Below, in pieces: positions 8,630 to 20,000 of a stretch of 20,000 bases of DNA. The translations under genes and the position numbers were made by a program. The notes under the pieces were generated by a model. It saw only the letters and a list, made by a program, of their open reading frames with translations, had not been told where the DNA came from and searched no databases. Source of the DNA: Elsinoe ampelina (lineage: Eukaryota); NCBI GenBank assembly GCA_010093995.1, contig ML992527.1, positions 56,106-76,105 on the forward strand, given 5' to 3'. The stretch's first letter is position 1. Each line of letters starts with the position of its first letter.

Positions 8630-9110
8630 GGTAGGGATACGTGATTATGGGGGTATGCTGGATATGAGAGGGGGATGACAAGGAAAATGCAGTCGCGAGG
8701 GAAACAATATGACAATTATGCAAGAATGAAACATAGGAGAGGAAAAAGGTCATGTTTTAATGTTTGTCTCGCCCCCGGCCTCGGTAGGTGCGTGATCGTT
8801 TGCGGATGGTGTAAACGTGGACCAACGCTCAGATGCTGGAGGCGCAAACTTTGGTGCGAGGAAAATTGGGGCAATGAAGCCTGAGGAAACGCCGTTGCGG
8901 AAAATTGAATTTTCAAGAGTCAGAGGACCCAGTTCTATCCGCTCTCTGGCCGAATCTGCCTGGTCTGTCTCGCTGTTGGTTCCAGATAATAATACTGGGT
9001 CTGTCCGTTATCCGCATGTCGGAGATAGGTCCATGGCTGATATCTATCCCACGCTCAGAAAATTTCCCAGGGTCGTGGAAGATCTGCCATTACTGCAGTT
9101 AAAGTTTTGG

Positions 9111-10230
9111 CTAAGTGCCGACTCGCATTTGAGCACCTGCATATTTCTGCAGCCCGCGCAGGAAAACTTGGTAGCCGACCTCGTGATTGTCTGGAACGTG
9201 ACTATTCCCGAGATTAGCCGCATGTCACCCGACTTCGCTAGCACGTCAGTTGAAGGCCCAGAAAAAAACTTACAAGATCTCGCTCAGACGCACTTGCCAC
9301 GGGGGGTAACCGTCTAGAACCACAGACTCTCCAAACAGGATTAGTAAGTCGGGTTCGCCCATTACACTTTCGCTCAGCTCCGCATCAATGAGTTCTGAGG
9401 TGATATCTTCCGGGGCGAGTTTGTGCTTTTGGCTCATCTCCGCTAGCGTTTTGGTGAGGTCGACTAATGTACGTCTGCCGTCCGTTTCGGATAGTAGGAG
9501 AATAGATAGATGTGGCGGTGAGCCCGTCGATGGGTCGGGCGAGGAACTTGGCGGTGAAAAGGCTGGAACTTGGGGTGCTCGTAACGAGACGCTTGGTCTT
9601 GATGAATTGTCGACTCCGTAGTAGGACGAGATCGTTTTCGAGATCTGGCGGTGGAGGTATGGTAGGGATGTCTTCAACGCGCCTTGCCACTGTCAGCATG
9701 CCCTCTTGATTCCTGCAGACATACTCACCAGTCCTCTCATATATGCTCAGCATTGGGATACCAGCACAAGCCGTCCAGGCCGCACATTCACAGGCCTCGT
9801 TGATCAAGTCTTCGAGAGCCGCGTCATCGGTCCGACCATCCAGGTCCAAAGCAATACTCAGATGATTCGGCATCTTTGTGAACCCCTTGACATCCTTCTG
9901 AATCAACTCTGGCGTGCGGTGATGGTGATACATGACGTCCATCGATCTGCTGACCATGTTCCGATATGCTCGTCGGACCCTGTAGAAGACGGAGAAGAAC
10001 CATTGCATGACATTGAAAACAAAAACATAAAGAGCAGTCTTCAGGAATGTCCGTATAGGTTTCTTCCGTCCAGGTTGATGATTGCTCCGTGATCTCGACC
10101 TTCCCTTGGTGGTCACGGGTCCATTTGGTAGATATGGCTTGATGAGTCGTTCTCTCTCCTCCGCAGACAATTTGTGTCCATGTTCGTCGGTGTCGGTACG
10201 CAGAAATGCAGCTTGTCTAAGGCCGACCAT
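9111..10230 (-). CDS. NUS1: Dehydrodolichyl diphosphate synthase (cis-prenyltransferase) subunit Nus1 (~333 aa); exons 10230-9729, 9682-9274, 9201-9111
   Basis: N-terminal transmembrane segment, HHRTPELIQKDV...PNHLS, AGIPMLSIYERTG, EPDLLILFG, LDGYPPWQVRLSEIF, and a C-terminal RxG motif (AQMRVGT*). Introns are 9728-9683 (46 nt) and 9273-9202 (72 nt). Confidence 0.93.
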
Positions 10231-10783
10231 TTTGATAGTGATGTGATTGTGCCAATCGTGGTAGAGATAGGAAGACGAGAAACAATTATGAAGCCAAAGA
10301 CTTCTGACAATTGATGCCTGTTGTCTACCAGTCAGGCGAGACGTCAGATGTGGCTGAAGTACCCATTACGAGTACTTCTTGACGAACAAGAGGCGATCGG
10401 ATTCACAGCCTCAACATGGTTCACGTCCAACCTTTTCTCCAACCTCTTTTCCGCCCTGACGCGTTTGCGCCAAGGTGGACACTTGACAAGCCACAATTCG
10501 CGTCGGGCCGAACATGCTTGCAGAGCCGCAATCACCGACCAAGTGGAGCTCTAACCTCGCGACTGGAATAATGGCCTGCCGGTATGTTTGACAGAACACT
10601 CTGATCTGGGAATCAATAAGAATCGAATAACTGTACAGGTCTCAACAGTCAGATCACAGCCTATCTACCAAGTCGCTTCAACATTCCCGTCCACTCGATC
10701 ATGATGCTATGAAACGACCTCGCGACTCGTTGTCGCATTGAGAGCACCATTGATAGCGGTCAGGGAGATTGGTAGCAAGCAAT

Positions 10784-13382
10784 ATGGCGCCCAACTCGGC
10801 AGACACCGCCTCGATATTGTCCGCCCATACCACGAATGCAGCCCGCCCGCTCACAGGCCGGACGGCCAACTTCACCTTGGAGACATTCTCGAGTCAGGAC
10901 TTCATTGTCAAGGACTTTGTAGAGGCACTCTCGGAGTCGGCGGCGCCGGCATCGCGCAAATCGCAGCCTGCCAATGCGCAGCACACAGCACAAGCTTTTG
11001 ACCCAAAGCCGTTGATCCGCGCATTCGAGCAAGCTCTCAATGGACTCAAGAACCTCAGCGAAGATCTGGAGATGCGTGAGAACGAGATTAGCGGGAGTGT
11101 CAGAAGAGCAGAAGCCCAACACAATCAAAATGTTCGAGCACGGGAGAGGGAGCTGGAGCAGACGGTAGATTCTTTCAAAGGGCTTGAAAGAAGTCTGGAC
11201 GGCGACGGAGAGGCAGGAGGCAATGCTGCAGTCAGGATAGGTGAACGACTGGAAGAGTTGGACAAACAGCGGCAACGCGCTCAGGATGCAAAGTTCATAC
11301 TTCAATGCTGGCTGGAAGTAAATCATAGAGGAGACTTGTCAAGTTTGGAGGACGTTCGACGATTGGGCGGAGGCGAGGGCAAGGTACGATGTGCACACAT
11401 CGCTCGACAGCTTCTCAAGATTAGCCAACGACTCGAGCCTGCGACCAACGTCCACCGGACTAATGGTGTCAATGGAGATCACTCCAATGGCAAGAGACAG
11501 CCCAAGGAAGTGATCGAGAAGTTCCTGGAAGGCTTGGAAAAGGACCTCTTGAAGCAATTCGACGATTCATATCGAAGGCAGAACTTTGAAGGCATGCGAG
11601 AATGTGCGACAGCACTTCGAGATTTTGGCGACGGTGCAAGTGTCATGGGCCTGTTCGTCAACCAACATCAGTTCTTCATCGATCGAAGTCAGCTGGTGAC
11701 CGAGGAGGTCTCGTCAGAATCGGACATGTGGGATCGATTGGCAGACCCGGATGCGGATCCACCCGGAGTCGAGCCAACACTGCAATCATTGATTGATGAA
11801 GTCAAACTTGTCGCGCAAGAGGAGAGTTTCATCATCAAACGTGCATTCCCGTACTACGAGGAAGTGCTTGGGCGATTCATTCAACGAGTATTCCAGCAGT
11901 CGATACAGCAGAAGCTTGAGCAGGTACTAGATAAAGCAAGCTCGGTCTCCTCGCTCGCTTTCCTACGCTCTTTGCAATCGTCAAAGAGCTACATATCAAC
12001 ACTCGTCGAAGATCTCAAGACACATGGCCTTACCGAGCATCCGGAGCCAGCATCTGCTACCACTGCCGCCATCCTTGACCAACAACTTGATGACTTGTTT
12101 GTACCATATTTTGCAGGCTCGTCTTATATTGAACGAGAGAAGAGAAGCTTGGAAGAGCTGTACTCGTCACTGCTCTTCAAATTCACAACTTATCATGTAA
12201 GTATAGTTGTAAGCTTTATGAGGCTCCACTGATCGTTTTCAGTCGCGCCGACGGAAGACACCTACTTCGTATCTCGGATCTCTACAAGCACGCAGTAAAG
12301 AAATGATTCACAAGGCACAAGAAGCGTATCTCGATCGACTAGACTCAACAGAAATGTCCTCCTCACAAAAGAAGATGCTTGTTCGACTTGCTGGCATCTC
12401 CTCCTCGTCGCTCAGTAACAGGAACGAAATCGAAGTCACCGACGAAGACGGAGAGCTCAGCTTGCCGTATGCTAAGCGCATGCTAAAGTGGCTGGCAGAA
12501 GGCGTCGGTAGAGGTCTCGAGCTTGCAGGCGGACACGAGACGCCCAAAGACGTTCGCGAATTGCTCGGCTTGCTCGTTGGCAGCATGGGGGAGATCTACC
12601 TTGAAACAGCACTGGATGCTCAAGTGGAAGCAGTGACGGCTTATGAGAATTCCAAGACGGAACCCGAGTACTCTTACCTATCAGATCTTCGCAGCAGCGT
12701 AAGCACCCTTCATCTACTGGTCGTCACGGTTCAAACACTACTCATGCCATTGGCCGCCACCAACCTGACGATCCGGCGGGATCTGGACAAGACGATCAAC
12801 ACGTTCGTTGACCGTATAGAAGGCAAGATCGACACGGTGTTGCAAAAGACGATTGACTCTGCATTAGCTTGGACAGCAAAGCTTCTTTCACAGCAGAAGA
12901 AAACGGACTTCCGGCCGAGAGATGAAGCGACCCTGAACCTGGAGCAGCTGCAGACCCCTACTTGCCTGTCAACCTACAATTTTTTGAACAAGCTACAGAA
13001 GAACGCCTCGAGTGCCCTATCTGGACGTGTACTGGACGGCTTCTCGTTGGAGCTAGCGCTCGGTCTACGATCTCTTCTGTTCATCCACTTCAAATCATTC
13101 CAGGTCAGCCAAGCAGGTGGTATCTTGGTCACCCAGGACATGATGAAGTATGTGGAGCTGCTGAGGTCATGGAGCCTGCCAGAAACCTTCAACCCCAGCA
13201 TCGAGGTTTTGGCAGAGATCCCTAACCTGTTCTCCCTCAAGGCAGATGCGCTGAAAGATCGTCTCAAGGGTGTTGGCAGCCAGTCTCTGGCAGGAATAGA
13301 CGGGCGAGATCTCAGACCCTACGTTCAGCGGCGAGACGATGCAAACACGGTCACAGTCCAGAGCGCCCTCAACTCACTGTAG
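10784..13382 (+). CDS. SEC10: Exocyst complex component Sec10 (~850 aa); exons 10784-12196 and 12243-13382
   Basis: FSSQDFIVKDFVEAL, FDPKPLIRAFE, RIGERLEELD, FVNQHQFFI, FIQRVFQQSIQ, QKKTDFRP, TPTC. A 46-nt intron at 12197-12242 (GTAAGT...CTGAT...CAG) joins ORFs 10769..12232 and 12303..13382 in frame. Confidence 0.93.
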
Positions 13383-14065
13383 AAAGCAGACCATGACGAA
13401 TGAAATGTTTAAAGAACACACCAAGTTCGTCAGATTTTTCCACACTGACGCTATCGACTTCTCCACTCTGATCTCACAGGTCCTGTCTGTGCACGTGGAG
13501 GGGCACGGGTTGGATGTGAAAAATTGCACACGTTGGTGCAAGAGACACACCTTTCACCCCGCCATTTCTCAAGTGCCGCCACACCGTAAAGTCGCCGCAT
13601 GAAACTCCTGCTTTCGACAAAGTTTCCCGTATCTTTGCACCACATCCACACTATCGCAATCTCCATGCCTTGTACAAACCCATCGATGCAACACAAGCGA
13701 ACTTACTAGCTTCGATGACAACTTCCGATTCCCCTATCTGCACACGATAGACAAGCTGAATATCCCTGATAGCCAAGAGTGTGATCTGCAGGCTAGTATC
13801 GGAAGGACCGGGAAAGTCTTATTTGTCAGACCAAAAATCGCGCAAAACGAACCACGAGTGGCATGTTGCCGGACATGGTGTTTCTGCTGTTCCTTTCTCT
13901 TGGGACACTGCATGCTGCACTTCATGAGCGTTGGAAGCTGGAGACGCTTGTTGCGCACAATTTGACATCGATATCGTCTACCTTCTCATACTGTGAACAA
14001 GTGAAAAAACACAATCTTTGCACCTGGAAAGATCACAAATCGGTTGGCTCCGAGGTCTAGATTAA

Positions 14066-16555
<2,490 letters not shown>

Positions 16556-16942
16556 ATTTTCACAGTCATGAGAACGGACGAGTATCCTTGATGATGAAGG
16601 GGATGGAGGCTTCGGTGTATCGCTACTCGACAAGCGTAGATAGATTATGTTAACACGATTGCTTAGTCCAATTATCCAAGTTCGCCTCGTGCACGAGTGT
16701 TCTATGCAAATCCTCAAACTACGTGATTTAAGGAGATTGTCCGCCCGTTATGATTATATACACACTTTCGGGAGTCTTTGTGCAGCCACGATCATCTGGT
16801 GTGGTGAATAGTGCCGCTCTCAAGGTTCTTCTATAGGGCAATTGAGCCGCATGTCGTCGGTCTTGGCAAAACGTCAAATGAAGCTCCGAAAATTGTTCTG
16901 TTCTGTCTCTCTCAGGTACGTATACTCCCCGCTCATCCAAAC

Positions 16943-18721
16943 ATGAGCGACTCAGATGAGCCTGAAATTGACGTCGATCAAGAAGCCCTGCAGAAGTTTC
17001 TGGGCACGAGCTCCTTTGGTAGACAAGACCGCAGGGGCAACGTGGAGAGGCAGATCGCCGAAACCAAGCTCAAGTCGCAGAAGAATGGCACAGCTGCCAA
17101 AGACAAAGCGCAGCACACAAACGGTGATGAAAGCGATGCTAGCGGAAAGGCAGGGGACAAGGGTGACTCTTCAGACTCAGACTCAGATGACGACTCGGAC
17201 GACGACGACGAACCAGAGTTCCCTGTCACGCATTCCCTCAAGATCCCTACACATTCTCGAGCAGTAACGGCAGTCAGTCTCGACCCTTCTGGAGCGCGAC
17301 TAGTCACTGGATCTCTGGATTCGACGCTCAAGTTCCACGATCTAGCGTCCTTGACACCAACCACAATCCGAGCATTCAAATCAGTGGACCCCTCGAATCC
17401 TCGACCAACTGCGGCCTCGACTGCAGAGTCACATCCGATCAATGCAGTACACTTCAATCCATTGTCGCCGTCACAGCTACTGGTGATCGATGCGACTGCG
17501 CAACCGAAGATTGTGACCAGGGATGGAGAGGTACAGGCCGAGTTCGTGAAGGGGGACATGTACCTGAGGGACATGAACAATACCAAGGGGCACATCAGCG
17601 AGGTCACGAGTGGAGTGTGGCACCCATCGCAGAGGGATATATGTGTTACGGCCGGTACGGACAGCACGTTACGTATCTGGGACATCAATCAGCCACGGCA
17701 TCAACGAGATGTGATTGTCTTCAAGAGCAAGGCTGTAGGCAGCGCAGGGCGGAGCAGGATGACGGCTGTTGGGTGGGGAACTGGTGGCGAAGGCAGTGTG
17801 TTGGTGGCAGCAGCTATGGACGGCACACTTGTCATGTATGGCGGCGAAGGACCATTCTCACGACCGGCTGGAGAAATCAAAGCCGCTCACGAACCTGGCA
17901 CATGGACGTCTGGACTTGATATCAGTCCTGACGGTCGACTGATTGTCACTCGGGGTGGCGATAACACAATCAAAACCTGGGACATCCGCAAATTCAAGTC
18001 CCCCATCACCATCATTACCCACGAATCCACCTCCTCCCAATATCCCACTAGCAATATCCGCTTCTCCCCGACAGGCAGCTCCATCCTCACTGGCTCTTCC
18101 TCCGGCTCTCTCCATATTCTCAATCCCGCCACCCTCCGCCCAGAAAGCATCACCCCGGTCACCCCCTCCTCCCCCCTGATCACCGTTCTCTGGCACGCCA
18201 AACTCAACCAAATCATCACCGGCTCCGCCAACTCGTCCACTCACATCCTCTACGACCCCACGACTTCCTCCGCAGGCGCAGTCGGCATCGTCTCCCGCGC
18301 CCCCAAACGCAGGCACATCGACGACGACCCCTCCCTAACAACCGACACATCACTATCCCTCTCCGACGCCATGATCCTCCCAGGCGGCACCGTCCCCTCC
18401 GCCGCCTCCTTCGCTGCGCGCCATCCTAACGTCGGCCTGACCGCGAGCGGGAAGAGTCGCGATCCGCGCAGACCACATCAGCCCGCTGTGACGCCGTTTG
18501 CGAAGAGTAACCCGGACGCGGAGTATGTGAGGAGGGAAATTCCATTGAGTGGGATGCGCGATGAGGATCCGAGGGAGGCGCTGTTGAAGTATGCGACGAA
18601 GGAGGGGGAGGGAGGAGTGTTTACGAAGGCGTGGGAGACGACGCAACCGAAGACGCAGTATGCGGAGTTGAGTGATGATGAGGACGACGAGGGAAGGGAG
18701 GGAAAGAGGGTGAAGCGGTGA
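16943..18721 (+). CDS. WDR70: WD40-repeat protein, WDR70/GAD-1 family (592 aa), apparently intronless
   Basis: Acidic N-terminus with SSFGRQ; WD repeats (HSRAVTAVSLDPSGARLVTGSLD, TAGTDSTLRIWD, RGGDNTIKTWD); family-typical KGDMYLRDMNNTKGH and DEDPREALLKYA. Confidence 0.85.
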   Translation: MSDSDEPEIDVDQEALQKFLGTSSFGRQDRRGNVERQIAETKLKSQKNGTAAKDKAQHTNGDESDASGKAGDKGDSSDSDSDDDSDDDDEPEFPVTHSLKIPTHSRAVTAVSLDPSGARLVTGSLDSTLKFHDLASLTPTTIRAFKSVDPSNPRPTAASTAESHPINAVHFNPLSPSQLLVIDATAQPKIVTRDGEVQAEFVKGDMYLRDMNNTKGHISEVTSGVWHPSQRDICVTAGTDSTLRIWDINQPRHQRDVIVFKSKAVGSAGRSRMTAVGWGTGGEGSVLVAAAMDGTLVMYGGEGPFSRPAGEIKAAHEPGTWTSGLDISPDGRLIVTRGGDNTIKTWDIRKFKSPITIITHESTSSQYPTSNIRFSPTGSSILTGSSSGSLHILNPATLRPESITPVTPSSPLITVLWHAKLNQIITGSANSSTHILYDPTTSSAGAVGIVSRAPKRRHIDDDPSLTTDTSLSLSDAMILPGGTVPSAASFAARHPNVGLTASGKSRDPRRPHQPAVTPFAKSNPDAEYVRREIPLSGMRDEDPREALLKYATKEGEGGVFTKAWETTQPKTQYAELSDDEDDEGREGKRVKR

Positions 18722-19371
18722 TGTGCGTACAGCATGTTGATGAGAAAGCATGGACATGAACAGGGCGGTGGAACGGAGACAAGAAGAAGCGAACGGGGAG
18801 AGGAGACAAGTATAAGCCTGTGGTATTTGACGTCTAGGGATGAGCAGCCTCATGGATCACCAGGTCTGCAACGCCATCATAATGTCAGCCTTGAGAGGTT
18901 TCGTCTCGGGAGAAATGAGCGTGCCGCCACCCCCACTGGCAGACCACAGTGAGCTTTACACAATTTCGTCGAGCTCGAACCTGATGCGGAACTCTGTTCT
19001 CGACAGACGAGTGTATCCACTAGGCGTAGGACGGGTGAGGTATTGACCATCAATATGCGTCGAGCCATACTTGGCATTAGCAAGAGTCGAAGTGGGGGGA
19101 GCGCATCTCTTGTCTCTTGTCGGTGCCGAGCTTGGACAGGCACATTCTTGGGATTCAATGACACTGCTAGAGCAGAGGGCGTCGACCAGCACGGCAAATC
19201 GTCTGCGCCAGGGTGCGCCGTTGGATGGCTGACACGAATGACTCAGGAGATGCGCCGCATCCTCCAAGCACCATGTAGAAAGCCGTAGCACAAGGTGAAA
19301 GCATTTCCCGACACGAGTGCCTCTCCATACTGAGCTTTACCTGCGACAAACACAGTGCCGTTCATCCACCC

Positions 19372-20000
19372 TCACTGACCCCCATCGACACTAACAACCA
19401 CCTTCCCCCTAGCCCTCCCCGTATCCAACCTGGCAAACGCCTCCCTCACCTCCCCAAACCCAAATACGCTATCCACCGCAATCCCCTCGGCGTCCAACCC
19501 CAATGCCTCCTCGAGAAACCTCCCCTTGACCTCCAGGTTCACACAATCATAACTGGGCCCCAACCCCACCTTCCCCAGCAAACTCCGCACCACCATCCTC
19601 GGGTTCCACAAGTACGTCAACGCACCCCCCATGTCCGCCCGAGACGTCTTGTCCCCGACGATAGTCACGTACCGCGGCGCGAGACCCAGACACTGCGTCC
19701 CGCCGACGCAGTCGATGATGGCGTCCGGGTCGAAAGCGCGGAGGGCGTCGGGGACCGAGGAGGAGGAGGAGGTGTAGTCCACCACTGTGTCGGCGCCGAG
19801 GGAGCGCACGAAGGAGGTGTTGCGGCTGGAGCAGGTGGAGAGGAGGGTCCAGCTTTTTTTGCGGGCGAGGTGGATGGTGTAAATGCCTGTTGCGGAGGAG
19901 CCGCCGAGGATGGCGACGCGGGGGTGGGGGTTGGTGCGGGGGAGGTAGGGGGTGATGGCGGTGATGCAGGTGCGGGCGGTGAGGAAGACGAGGGGGAGGG
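19372..20000 (-). CDS. MDR-superfamily NAD(P)-dependent oxidoreductase (quinone/enoyl reductase-like, Yim1/RTN4IP1-like); 5' part off-window
   Basis: Frame is open from the window edge: LPLVFLTARTCI...RVAILGGSSATGIYTIHLA...TCSSRNTSFVRSLGADTVVDY...DAIIDCVGG...VDSVFGFGEVREAFARLDTGRARGKVVV; Rossmann glycine motif and typical MDR C-terminus. Confidence 0.88.
   Translation of the reverse strand, partial: LPLVFLTARTCITAITPYLPRTNPHPRVAILGGSSATGIYTIHLARKKSWTLLSTCSSRNTSFVRSLGADTVVDYTSSSSSVPDALRAFDPDAIIDCVGGTQCLGLAPRYVTIVGDKTSRADMGGALTYLWNPRMVVRSLLGKVGLGPSYDCVNLEVKGRFLEEALGLDAEGIAVDSVFGFGEVREAFARLDTGRARGKVVVSVDGGQ

Noticed and set aside
9202..9273. Stwintron (nested intron) reading of the NUS1 double-acceptor intron
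   Set aside because: Removing the inner 36 nt does not reconstitute a GT donor (junction reads TT|CGAAGT).
16811..16942. N-terminal extension of WDR70 in the ORF track
   Set aside because: Non-ATG start; first ATG at 16943 has good context (AAACATG).
18722..19371. Short ORFs of 60-111 aa between WDR70 and the MDR gene
   Set aside because: No recognisable motifs, mostly non-ATG starts, no consistent splice pattern; treated as convergent 3' UTR/intergenic DNA.

Overview
Gene-dense, intron-containing eukaryotic DNA from a filamentous ascomycete (Pezizomycotina; the short introns with CTRAY branch points support this, finer taxonomy is not determinable here). I reconstruct 11 coding loci by hand: a PQ-loop-like membrane gene with an in-frame premature TGA (5' end off-window), NSR1/nucleolin, ALG6, COX17, RNA1 (RanGAP), a small F-box-like orphan, NUS1, SEC10, an intronless catalase-peroxidase (KatG1) ending in a PTS1 signal, WDR70, and a partial MDR-family oxidoreductase. 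I see no tRNA, rRNA, transposon or CRISPR array. Three signals are not explained by the gene models. (1) The NSR1 5' leader/intron (~2721-3110) has five roughly periodic GTGGG motifs, a duplicated ~25-nt motif and several short hairpins, a candidate structured cis-regulatory or intronic RNA. (2) Four sharp C-rich to G-rich skew switches lie inside the genes of two convergent gene pairs and include synonymous positions. (3) Several splicing or stop-codon oddities occur: a GC-AG intron in ALG6, a stop-free 60-nt intron in RNA1, a competing acceptor in NUS1, and the premature stop in the first gene. Family calls come from recognised motifs, not from database searches.
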